Shown one piece after another: positions 38,213-46,610 of a DNA stretch of 64,000 nt. The first letter of the stretch is position 1; each line of letters opens with the position of its first letter. The notes below the pieces were generated by a model, which saw nothing but the letters and a program-made list of their open reading frames with translations, did not search any database and had not been told where the DNA came from. A program made the translations under genes and the position numbers. Source of the stretch: Solirubrobacteraceae bacterium. GTDB taxonomy: Bacteria; Actinomycetota; Thermoleophilia; Solirubrobacterales; Solirubrobacteraceae. The DNA is taken from assembly GCA_050010595.1 (NCBI GenBank), contig JBEKKS010000004.1:30347-94346 (forward strand). Reading direction: 5' to 3'.

Positions 38213-38946
38213 GAGATGTTCCTCTCGTGCTCGACAGGCAGATAAAAGACGTGGGGGTCGGTCCCCAGCTCGGAGAGCAGCTGGACGGCGCCGTCCTCGC
38301 CCACGAGCTGCGCGACCTCGCTGCCGGGATCGTTCAGGTCGCCGAAGACGCGCGCGCCTGTCGGACAGACCTCGACGCAGAACGGCTGCTCGCCCTGATC
38401 GATCCGCTCGACACAGAACGTGCACTTCTCGACTACGCCGATCGGACGGTCCGGGGTGAACACGAGGCGTCCGCCATCGACGGTCCAGTCCTCCCCGTAG
38501 CCGAGCGTGAAGTCGGGGGAGTACTCGCGATCGCCCCAGTTGAAGACCCTCACGCCATACGGACAGGCCGCGATGCAGTAGCGACAGCCGATGCAGCGAT
38601 CAAAGTCGATCAGGATCGAGCCGTCGTCGCGCTGGAAGGTCGCGCCGACCGGGCACACCTTCAGGCACGGAGCGTCGTCGCAGTGCTGGCAGGCCACGGG
38701 CAGGTAAGCCAACTCGAGCTGCGGGTAGGTGCCGCTCGGGACGTCGATGTTGTCGCTTGCAGGTGCCGTCACTGCATCGGAGTTATCCGCGCCACTGAGG
38801 TCGTTGGGAGCCGTCGTCAGAATCCGGTTCCACCAGAACCCAAGCGGCTCGTTGTTGATCTCCTTGCAGCCGACCGCACACGTCCAGCAGCCGATACAGC
38901 GGTCCTGGTCGATGACCATGCCCCACTGCTTGCCTTCCTCGGCCAT
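38209..38946 (-). CDS. 4Fe-4S ferredoxin-type iron-sulfur subunit (DmsB/PsrB-like)
   Basis: It has four Cys clusters (CIGCWTCAVGC, CQHCDDAPC, CIGCRYCIAACP, CTFC...C..CP). Confidence 0.9.
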   Translation of the reverse strand: MAEEGKQWGMVIDQDRCIGCWTCAVGCKEINNEPLGFWWNRILTTAPNDLSGADNSDAVTAPASDNIDVPSGTYPQLELAYLPVACQHCDDAPCLKVCPVGATFQRDDGSILIDFDRCIGCRYCIAACPYGVRVFNWGDREYSPDFTLGYGEDWTVDGGRLVFTPDRPIGVVEKCTFCVERIDQGEQPFCVEVCPTGARVFGDLNDPGSEVAQLVGEDGAVQLLSELGTDPHVFYLPVEHERNIS

Positions 38947-38952
38947 GGTTGC

Positions 38953-41385
38953 TCACGCTCCTTCCCGCTGCACCTGCACGAGGCAGTCGTAGTAAGCGGC
39001 ATTCGATTTGAAATTCGGAATGACGGCCTGAGCCGGGTTCGCGATCTGGTGCGTCAGATTGTTCGGATGGCCCTCGATGTAATGCTTGACGCGCACGGTG
39101 TCCCAGCCGCCCTGATAGCAGTTGACGACACCCGGCTTGATCCCTTCCGTCAGACGCGCCTTGACCTTCATGTAGCCGCGATCGTTGAAGATCTTGACCA
39201 CGTCATCCGTCTGGATTCCGCGCGACTTGGCGTCCGCTGGATTGATCTCGAGGAACCCCTGACCGTCGTTGTTGATCTCCTTCAGCCAGGGCAGGTTGAC
39301 GTACTGCGAGTGCGTCCGGAAACGCGTGTGCGTTGACAGGAAGATCAACGGGTACTTCTTGAACAGCGGGTTCGTCGGCGTTGCCTCGATCGGTTCCTTG
39401 AAGCCGGGGAGCTGCTGGTCAAACGGGATCATTCGCTCTACGTAGAACTCGATCCGACCGGACTGGGTCGGGAACTGCTTCTCGTAGAACGCGACGTATG
39501 GCACGGTCACCGTGTTCAGGTGCGGGGCGCCCTCGCGGAGCATGTCCCACGTGAGACCCTCGACAGTCGGATCGGCCCCCGGCTGGCCGATGTGGAGGAT
39601 GTCGGTGATGTACTCGTCCGGAGCCTTGTCGAAGTACTTCCCGTAGCCCATCTTTGTCGCGACCTGCGTGATTGCGTCGAGATCGGATTTCGACTCCCAC
39701 AGAGGCTCGATGATCTTCGGCATGTACTGGAGGTAGTAGTTGTTGGACGAGAGGAGATCGGTCTTCTCCAAGTACGTGCAGGCCGGCAGCACGATGTCCG
39801 ACAGATCCGCGGTCGCGGACATCACGTAGTCCGACGTGACGAGGAAATCGAGCGACTTCAGCGCCCGGACGACCTTGTTGCGGTCAGACATCTGCTGGGC
39901 GAAGTTGTCGATCATGAACCAAGCGGCTCGGACCGGATAGGGGTCCGCGTCGAGCATCGCATCACACGCCTGCATCGGCTCGAGCAGCGTGAACTGCTCG
40001 GTCCCCTCCGGCGTCCAGAAATGCGCGAAGTCGAACGCAGTCGTCGTCAGACCACCCGCAAACGTCGTTATGCCGCCGCCGTGGACGCCGATGTTGCCCA
40101 TCAGGGTCTGAAGCGTGACCAGCGCCTGCATTGACAGGTCACCCCGATACCAGTGCGAGAGTCCGAAGCCGCAGCGAACGGCAACCGGGCTCTTCTGGGT
40201 CCAGAGCTCGGCGAGCTGCAGGACCTGGTTTGGCTCCAGGTCGGTCATCGTCGCGACCTTCCGGGGGGTGTACGGAGCCATCTCTGCCGCGAGCAGCGTG
40301 AGTGCCGAGCGGGCACCGTTTCGCTCGCCGTACAGATCAGGGTCCTTTGCGTGCTCGATCGGCTTGAGCTGACCGTCGGCGGCGTCAATGACCAGGTAGG
40401 ACTTGCCGGCGCGGACGAACAACTTCGTCACGGGGTCGACCAGGAACGGCGCCACGGTGTACTGCTTGAGGTATGCGGCGTCGTAGAGCTTGTTGGCCAG
40501 CGCGTAGTTCATGACCCCGTCCATCAGCGCCGCGTCCGATCCCGGGCGAATCGGAACCCAGATGTCGGCCTTGGCCGATGTCGGCGTGAACCGCGGGTCG
40601 ACGGACACGACGGGGATGCCCTGCTTCTGGGCGTCGGCGATGATCCGCCAGTCCGGCAGCGACGTCTCCGCGACGTTGTTTGCCCAGAGCACGATCGCCT
40701 TCGCGTTGAGGAAGTCGGTCATCTCGTGTCCGTCGAACATGCCGCCGCCGGTCAGGTCGGGGTCGGCGAGCACGTAGTTCCAACCCGCCGGTGTCGAGGC
40801 GTCACCTTCGCTGTCGCCCTCGAAATCACCGCCCGATGCGCCGATCACGCTCGCGAAGCGCAGGCTCGCCCCGTCGACACCTTCGAGCACTGCGAGCGAG
40901 CCGGTGTACGGCGCGATCCATACGGACTTCTTGCCGTACTTCTCCTGTACGCGCTCGAAGTTCTCGGCGATGACCGAAGTTGCGTCATCCCAGCTGATTC
41001 GCCGCCAGCGGCCCGAGCCGCGCTCGCCGACGCGCTGGTAGGGATGCTTGAGGCGGTCCGGGCTGTACGTGTTCTGGACCTGCGAGATCCCGCGCAGACA
41101 ACAGCGTGGCTGGAAGCTCGGGGCGGGATGTCCGGCGATCGTCTCGGCGCCCCACGGCGCACCCTGGATCTGGCGCACCTTGCCGTCGACGACGGTGACC
41201 GTGTGCCCGCAGGCGCCGTCGCAATTGTTCGAATGCCCAGTCCGGTAGGTGATTCGCTTCCCCGGCACGACGCCGGCGCTCGCCGTCGGCGTATCGACGA
41301 AGTACCGCAGCCCACCGCCGAAGGTCAACGCGCCCGCGGCACCGGCCGCCCCCTGGACGAACCTGCGCCTGCTGATTGCTGACAT
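38953..41385 (-). CDS. Tat-exported molybdopterin oxidoreductase catalytic subunit, DMSO reductase family (substrate unknown)
   Basis: It has a twin-arginine signal (SRRRFVQGAAGAAGAL) and an FS0 motif HSNNCDGAC...CCLRG. Molybdopterin and dinucleotide-binding domains are present. It is 810 aa with an AAGGAG ribosome-binding site. Confidence 0.9.
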   Translation of the reverse strand: MSAISRRRFVQGAAGAAGALTFGGGLRYFVDTPTASAGVVPGKRITYRTGHSNNCDGACGHTVTVVDGKVRQIQGAPWGAETIAGHPAPSFQPRCCLRGISQVQNTYSPDRLKHPYQRVGERGSGRWRRISWDDATSVIAENFERVQEKYGKKSVWIAPYTGSLAVLEGVDGASLRFASVIGASGGDFEGDSEGDASTPAGWNYVLADPDLTGGGMFDGHEMTDFLNAKAIVLWANNVAETSLPDWRIIADAQKQGIPVVSVDPRFTPTSAKADIWVPIRPGSDAALMDGVMNYALANKLYDAAYLKQYTVAPFLVDPVTKLFVRAGKSYLVIDAADGQLKPIEHAKDPDLYGERNGARSALTLLAAEMAPYTPRKVATMTDLEPNQVLQLAELWTQKSPVAVRCGFGLSHWYRGDLSMQALVTLQTLMGNIGVHGGGITTFAGGLTTTAFDFAHFWTPEGTEQFTLLEPMQACDAMLDADPYPVRAAWFMIDNFAQQMSDRNKVVRALKSLDFLVTSDYVMSATADLSDIVLPACTYLEKTDLLSSNNYYLQYMPKIIEPLWESKSDLDAITQVATKMGYGKYFDKAPDEYITDILHIGQPGADPTVEGLTWDMLREGAPHLNTVTVPYVAFYEKQFPTQSGRIEFYVERMIPFDQQLPGFKEPIEATPTNPLFKKYPLIFLSTHTRFRTHSQYVNLPWLKEINNDGQGFLEINPADAKSRGIQTDDVVKIFNDRGYMKVKARLTEGIKPGVVNCYQGGWDTVRVKHYIEGHPNNLTHQIANPAQAVIPNFKSNAAYYDCLVQVQREGA

Positions 41386-41580
41386 GCCGCTTGCTCCTTT
41401 TCTGACCCGGCTTGCGGGTATTCAAGGAAACCTAAGCCCGCCAATGGCCCCTCACCATCCGGGTAAAGCGGAGCGTCGAGTCGGTTAATTACGGTTGCGT
41501 GTGCAAATTCGCCGCGCGATTCATGCCGCCGACCCGTGTGCGGCCGGGCGCCGCAGCGTCCTATGCTTCAGGCCAGGCTC

Positions 41581-42282
41581 ATGAACCCGGTCGAGTCGCA
41601 TTCGGTTTCGCTCCGCAACTCCGGAGCCTCCGGCGAGGAGCTCCTGCGGGTTCTGTGGGCGAGCCGAGCGCCGCTCGAGACTGCAGCGATCGCCCGCGAG
41701 CTTGGGCTGCATGTCAACGGCGTGCGTCGGCGTCTCGTGCGGTTGCGCGCGCAGGGGCTAGTGGAGCGCGAGCGCGTGCAGGGCGGAGTAGGCCGCCCGC
41801 GCGACCAGTGGCGGATCGCACCACGAGCGTTCGCCGAGGTCGCGCGCGGCGACACCGGCTGGCTGATCGCCAGCTCGCTCCTTGAAGCGATCAGCGGCGG
41901 CGCAGATCTACCTGCAGTCGAGAGCTCGGGCGAGCAGCTCGGCCGCGAGCTGCTCGCGCGCTGGGGCGCACGTGTCCGCGCCGGACCGCTGATGGACCGG
42001 GCGCTCGAGGCGCTCGGGTTCACCACCGAGCGCACGGTCGAGGACGACATGCTGCACTACCGGTTGACGCGCTGCCCGTACGCAGCTCTCGTGCAGGTCA
42101 ATCCAGCGATCGTATGCACGCTCCACAAGGGCGTCGCCCGCAGTCTCCTCGCCGCCGCGGAGCCGGACGCGGTGCTTACGAGCTTCGAACCCGGCAACCC
42201 CGAAGTCGAGGGCTGCTGGATTCGCGCGCGGCTACCGGGCCCTGGCCCGCCGCCGGTTAGCCCCAGCCGCGCCAGAGGCTAG
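41581..42282 (+). CDS. winged-helix (ArsR/SufR-like) transcriptional regulator with C-terminal Cys pair
   Basis: It has a wHTH region (LETAAIARELGLHVNGVRRRLVRLRAQGLVERE) and the C-terminal motif RCPYAALVQVNPAIVCTLH. It is divergent from the Mo-enzyme operon. Confidence 0.7.
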   Translation: MNPVESHSVSLRNSGASGEELLRVLWASRAPLETAAIARELGLHVNGVRRRLVRLRAQGLVERERVQGGVGRPRDQWRIAPRAFAEVARGDTGWLIASSLLEAISGGADLPAVESSGEQLGRELLARWGARVRAGPLMDRALEALGFTTERTVEDDMLHYRLTRCPYAALVQVNPAIVCTLHKGVARSLLAAAEPDAVLTSFEPGNPEVEGCWIRARLPGPGPPPVSPSRARG

Positions 42283-42303
42283 CCGCGCCTCGAGCCCCGA
42301 GGC

Positions 42304-42552
42304 CTAGCCCTCGACTGGCGCGAACTCAGCGGTCCGATCGCGAAACGCGGCGATACACGCGTCGCGGCTCTCGAAATCGGCTGCAGCGAGTCCCGCCAGG
42401 AAGCAGGCAATCGGAGCGCTCGTGCGGTCGCCCGTGCCGTGGGCCGCTGCGCCCGCCAGATCAAGCGCCGCCTCGATTTCGGTCGTGGTGAGCGGAGTCA
42501 GGCCGGCACGCTCGGCGAGATGGTCGACGAGGTCAGCGCGTGTGGGGGTCAT
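42304..42552 (-). CDS. small conserved hypothetical protein (DUF6457-like, recalled as frequently adjacent to Moco genes)
   Basis: It is 82 aa with an AAAGGAGAG ribosome-binding site before ATG 42552. The family assignment is from memory and was not searched. Confidence 0.5.
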   Translation of the reverse strand: MTPTRADLVDHLAERAGLTPLTTTEIEAALDLAGAAAHGTGDRTSAPIACFLAGLAAADFESRDACIAAFRDRTAEFAPVEG

Positions 42553-42605
42553 GCGGCTCTCCTTTGGAGATGTTTGGACGTCGAAGCGTTGGGTGGGCCG
42601 GAGTC

Positions 42606-43826
42606 TCACAGGCGCTCAATCGCGACCTGCGTGCCGGCGTCGAGCGTGCCTTCGCCGGCCGGGATCAGCGCAAATCCCTCGGCGCCAAGGAGCGAGGTCA
42701 GGATGTGCGAGCCCTGCGGACCGGTGCTGATGGCCCACCAGCCGTCGTCCCGGAGGTCGAGGCGGACGCGCACCAGCTGCACGCGGTCGCGCTCCTGCAC
42801 GATCGGCTCGCCGAGACGAGCATCGCCGCCTAGCGCCTGCGGAGCTTCGCCCGAGAGCAGGGCGAGGGCCGGGCGCGCAAACAGCAGGAAGGTCACGAAC
42901 GACGAGACCGGGTTGCCGGGCAGTCCGAAGACGAGCGTCCGGCCACGTGTGCCGAACAGCGTAGGCCGACCGGGCTTTAGCGCGACGCCTGCGAAGTGAA
43001 TTGCCACACCGAGGCTCTCGAGGCTCGCCACGACGTGGTCGTGCGCGCCGACCGACATACCGCCGCAGACGACAACCACGTCGCCGTCAAGCGCGGCGCC
43101 GAGCGCGGCGCGCACCGCTGCGGGGTCATCGAGCGCGTGCGCGACCGACAGCGTCGATCCGCCGGCGCGCTCGACGAGCGCCGGGATCGCCAGTGCGCCC
43201 GAGTTATAGACCTCTCCCAGCTTCAGCGACCCGCCGACCGCGACGAGCTCATCTCCGGTTGTCACGATCGCCACGCGGGGCCGTCCTCCGACCTCCAGCC
43301 TTGCCGTGCCGAGCTCCGCGAGAACGCCAAGCTCGACCGGCCCGAGCCGCACCCCGGCCGCGAGCGCCAGCTGCCCGACGCGTAGATCGTCGCCGGCACG
43401 GCGCACATGGGCGCCCGCCTCGACCGTGCCGGCAAGCTCCGTCTCGCCGTCTCGCTCGCGCGTCTGCTCGACCGGTATGACCGCGTCGGCACCGTTCGGC
43501 AACACAGCGCCGGTCGATATCGCGCATGCCTCGCCGGGCCGCAGTGTCCCGTTCCAGGGGGCTCCGGCTCGCGATTCGCCGGACACGCGAAGGAGCACGC
43601 CGACGCCGCTGTCAGCGGCGCGGATCGCGTAACCGTCCATCGCCGAGTTGTCGGCACCAGGCACGTCGAACGGGGCGATCACCGGCTCGGCGAGCACTCG
43701 CCCGAGCGCTTGCCCGAGCGCAACGGTTTGAGCCGGGAGCGCCACGGTGTGCCCGCGGACGCTGGCAAGCGCTTCCTCGAGCGTCGTCAGGCCGGGCGCG
43801 GCGTGGGTTATCGGAGCCCGTGCCAC
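42606..43826 (-). CDS. moeA: molybdopterin molybdenumtransferase
   Basis: It has the MoeA motifs PFDVPGADNSAMDGYA, GGMSVGAHD and GLPGNPVS. GTG 43826 lies just after the moaA stop. The longer 598-aa ORF call is rejected. Confidence 0.88.
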   Translation of the reverse strand: MARAPITHAAPGLTTLEEALASVRGHTVALPAQTVALGQALGRVLAEPVIAPFDVPGADNSAMDGYAIRAADSGVGVLLRVSGESRAGAPWNGTLRPGEACAISTGAVLPNGADAVIPVEQTRERDGETELAGTVEAGAHVRRAGDDLRVGQLALAAGVRLGPVELGVLAELGTARLEVGGRPRVAIVTTGDELVAVGGSLKLGEVYNSGALAIPALVERAGGSTLSVAHALDDPAAVRAALGAALDGDVVVVCGGMSVGAHDHVVASLESLGVAIHFAGVALKPGRPTLFGTRGRTLVFGLPGNPVSSFVTFLLFARPALALLSGEAPQALGGDARLGEPIVQERDRVQLVRVRLDLRDDGWWAISTGPQGSHILTSLLGAEGFALIPAGEGTLDAGTQVAIERL

Positions 43827-43833
43827 AAAAGCG

Positions 43834-44856
43834 TCACCCGCCGATGTAGGACATCTCGATCCGCTCTGGCGACGGCGCTCGCCTCGCGATGCGCTCCGCG
43901 CGCTCTGCCGAATAGCGGTCTGCGCGTGCGGTCCAGATCCCCACAAGAGCGGTGCGCAGCTCGTCGTCGGTCGCGCCGCCGCGAAGCAGCGCACGCACGT
44001 CGTGACCGGTGCGGGCAAACAGGCAGGTGTACAGGCGCCCCTCGGCGGAGAGGCGCGCGCGTGTGCAGCTTGCGCAGAACGGAGCACTGATCGAGTGAAT
44101 GAAGCCGATCTCCCCGGCGCCGTCACGGTAGCGGTAGCGTGTGGCGACCGCGCCTTCGCGGTCCGGTGGGAGCGGGTCGAGCGGCCAGCGCCCGGCGATC
44201 GCGGCAAGCAGCTCCGCCGTCGGCACGACGTCTGCGGGGCGCCAGCCGTTGGTCGTGCCGACATCCATGTACTCGATGAAGCGGATGATCTCGGGGCGCC
44301 CCCGGAAGTGCTCCGCCATCGGGAGTACGCAGTGGTCATTGACGCCGCGCCGCACGACCATGTTGATCTTGACGGGCTGCAGGCCGCATGACTGCGCGGC
44401 ATCGATCCCTGCGAGCACGCGCCCGAGCGAGGCGTGCGTGTCGCTCATCGCGCGGAAGGCGGCGGGCTCGAGCGCGTCGAGACTCACCGTGACGCGGCGC
44501 AGACCCGCATCGCGCAGCGTCGCGGCTTTGGCGGCAAGCAGCGTCCCGTTGGTCGTGAGCGCGACATCCTCGATGCCGGGCACGGCTGCGATCATCGCAA
44601 CCAACTGCTCGAGGTTGCGCCGCAGCAGGGGTTCACCGCCGGTCAGGCGAACGGTTCTGACGCCGAGCTGCGCAAACACGCGGCAGACGCGCTCGAGCTC
44701 TTCGAAGCGCAATAGCTCGTCATGCTCCATGAACGCAAAGTCGCGGCCGAAGAATTCACGCGGCATGCAGTAGCCACAGCGCAAGTTGCAACGGTCGGTG
44801 ACCGAGATGCGCAGGTCGCGAAGCGGGCGCCCCAGGAGATCGAGCGGAGACTGCAT
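43834..44856 (-). CDS. moaA: GTP 3',8-cyclase (molybdenum cofactor biosynthesis protein A)
   Basis: It has the radical SAM motif CNLRCGYCMP, the C-terminal cluster CASCTRARL and a terminal GG. The start is ATG 44856. Confidence 0.92.
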   Translation of the reverse strand: MQSPLDLLGRPLRDLRISVTDRCNLRCGYCMPREFFGRDFAFMEHDELLRFEELERVCRVFAQLGVRTVRLTGGEPLLRRNLEQLVAMIAAVPGIEDVALTTNGTLLAAKAATLRDAGLRRVTVSLDALEPAAFRAMSDTHASLGRVLAGIDAAQSCGLQPVKINMVVRRGVNDHCVLPMAEHFRGRPEIIRFIEYMDVGTTNGWRPADVVPTAELLAAIAGRWPLDPLPPDREGAVATRYRYRDGAGEIGFIHSISAPFCASCTRARLSAEGRLYTCLFARTGHDVRALLRGGATDDELRTALVGIWTARADRYSAERAERIARRAPSPERIEMSYIGG

Positions 44857-45077
44857 CAACCAGCAGGCGCTAGAGCGCCGCTGAGAGGCGAAGTGCGGGT
44901 CCCGAGCACTTCGCGGGCGAGCGCCACCACCCGCTGCGCCCGGGGCGCCGGCATTGTGGCGGTTGGGTTCGCATTCGGGACCAGAATGCCAGCTTAGACG
45001 GTCGCGGCGTTTGTAAAGTGTGTAAAGGGTTGCCCCTGAGCAACCCGGAGCGAGGCGCCAGAGCGCGGGCGTGCGCC
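44857..45077 (-). promoter_or_regulatory. structured 221-nt moaA leader with promoter-like AT-rich direct repeat (possible Moco riboswitch, unverified)
   Basis: On the minus strand it reads CTTTACA-ca-CTTTACA (45012-45027) followed by TAAGCT. Three hairpins follow: GCATTC/GAATGC, GCGAAGTGC/GCACTTCGC at 44888-44914, and GGCGC/GCGCC near the start codon. Confidence 0.35.
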
Positions 45078-46499
45078 CTAGTCGGCGGCGCGCTCGAGCG
45101 CCAGGCGGTGCCCGCAAACCTGGACACCGTCGGCGCGGGCGATCACACGGTCGGCCTCCGGCGCGGGGACGCTCAGCAGCGCGAAGCGCTCGAGCACCGT
45201 CACGTCGCTGACGGCCTCGCCGTCGAGACCGGTTGCACGCGTGAGCGCCGCGACGAGATCGGATACGGCGATCCCTGCCGCACGCCCACCACTTGCGATC
45301 AGGCGTGCGCGCGGCTCGTCCGCCGGGCGGCTGACGTGCGGCTTCTCGTGGCGCCGCGGCTGCGCCTCGACCTTGGCCGGCGGCGTGTGAGCGCCCGCCG
45401 ACCATGGCGTGATCTTGATCCCGATGTGGCGCTCGATCGCCTCCATCTCGCGCTTCTGCCGGTCCTCGACAAAAGTGATCGCGCGGCCCGAGCGCCCGAC
45501 CCGACCGGTCCTGCCGATGCGGTGGACGTAGGTATCGGGCGAGGTCGGCACGTCGAAGTTGATCACGTGAGTCACGGTCGAGATGTCCAGGCCGCGAGCC
45601 GCCACGTCGGTCGCCACGAGGATCGGGACGCGCCCAGCCTTGAAGGCGAGCATCACGCCGTCGCGCTGTCCCTGCGTGAGGTCGCCGTGTAGCGCGCGGA
45701 CGTTCATCCCCTTGTCGCGCAACGTGCGGAAGAGCTGATCGCAGCGAATCTTCGTGCGCACGAAGACGATCGCCTGGTCCGGCTGCTCGGCCTGGAGCAC
45801 CTCGACCAGCTTCGACGCCTTCTCACGCGTCTCGATCGGGAGCTGGAACTGCTCGACGGTGTCGATCGTCAGCGTGGCCGCCTTCACGGCGATGATCAGC
45901 GGGTCATAGAGGTAGTGATCCGCGAGCTTGCGAATCGGAGCTGGCATCGTGGCCGAGAAAAGCGCTGTCTGGCGTCCCGAAGGAGTGGCAGCGAGGATCT
46001 TCTCGACGTCCTCGAGGAAACCGAGGTCGAGCATCTCGTCGGCTTCGTCGAGCACGACGAAGCGGCAGTCATGCAGCACGAGCGACGCGCGCGAGACGAG
46101 ATCGAGCACGCGCCCGACCGTGCCGACGACGATGTGGCCGCCGCCGCGCAGCTGGGACTCCTGATTGCGGATCGGCGCGCCGCCGAAAACGGCGACCACG
46201 TCGGCGCCACTCGTCGCACCGTAGGCCCGGATCGCCTGCGTCACCTGGATGCACAGCTCGCGCGTCGGCGTGAGCACGAGCGCCTGGACCTCCTCGACGG
46301 ACGGGTCGACGTACTCGATGATCGGCAAACCGAAGGCGGCGGTCTTGCCGGTGCCCGTCTGCGCCTGGCCAATCACGTCACGCCCGGCGAGCAGCGGCGG
46401 GATCGCCTGCTCCTGAATCGGGGTCGGCGCCGCATAGCCAAGCTCGTGCAGCGCAGCGAGAGCCCGTTCTGAGAGCCCGAGCTCTTTGAACGTCGTCAT
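45078..46499 (-). CDS. DEAD-box ATP-dependent RNA helicase
   Basis: It has the Q motif, AQTGTGKT, VLDEADEMLD, SAT and HRIGRTGR, plus a C-terminal DbpA-like RNA-binding extension. The start is ATG 46499. Confidence 0.92.
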   Translation of the reverse strand: MTTFKELGLSERALAALHELGYAAPTPIQEQAIPPLLAGRDVIGQAQTGTGKTAAFGLPIIEYVDPSVEEVQALVLTPTRELCIQVTQAIRAYGATSGADVVAVFGGAPIRNQESQLRGGGHIVVGTVGRVLDLVSRASLVLHDCRFVVLDEADEMLDLGFLEDVEKILAATPSGRQTALFSATMPAPIRKLADHYLYDPLIIAVKAATLTIDTVEQFQLPIETREKASKLVEVLQAEQPDQAIVFVRTKIRCDQLFRTLRDKGMNVRALHGDLTQGQRDGVMLAFKAGRVPILVATDVAARGLDISTVTHVINFDVPTSPDTYVHRIGRTGRVGRSGRAITFVEDRQKREMEAIERHIGIKITPWSAGAHTPPAKVEAQPRRHEKPHVSRPADEPRARLIASGGRAAGIAVSDLVAALTRATGLDGEAVSDVTVLERFALLSVPAPEADRVIARADGVQVCGHRLALERAAD

Positions 46500-46557
46500 T
46501 GCAACCCAGCTTATCCGGCTGCTTGCACGGGCCAACGCTCCGGACGGACCTGAAGGC

Positions 46558-46589
46558 CGCGCGGACGATCAGCCGCGCGCGGACGATCA
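46558..46589. repeat. 14-nt direct repeat CGCGCGGACGATCA x2 (18-nt period) in the divergent helicase/pfkB promoter region
   Basis: The copies at 46558-46571 and 46576-46589 were read directly. They end 21 nt upstream of the PfkB ATG. Confidence 0.6.
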
Positions 46590-46610
46590 TGCCTATTCTC
46601 TCTGCCCTCG

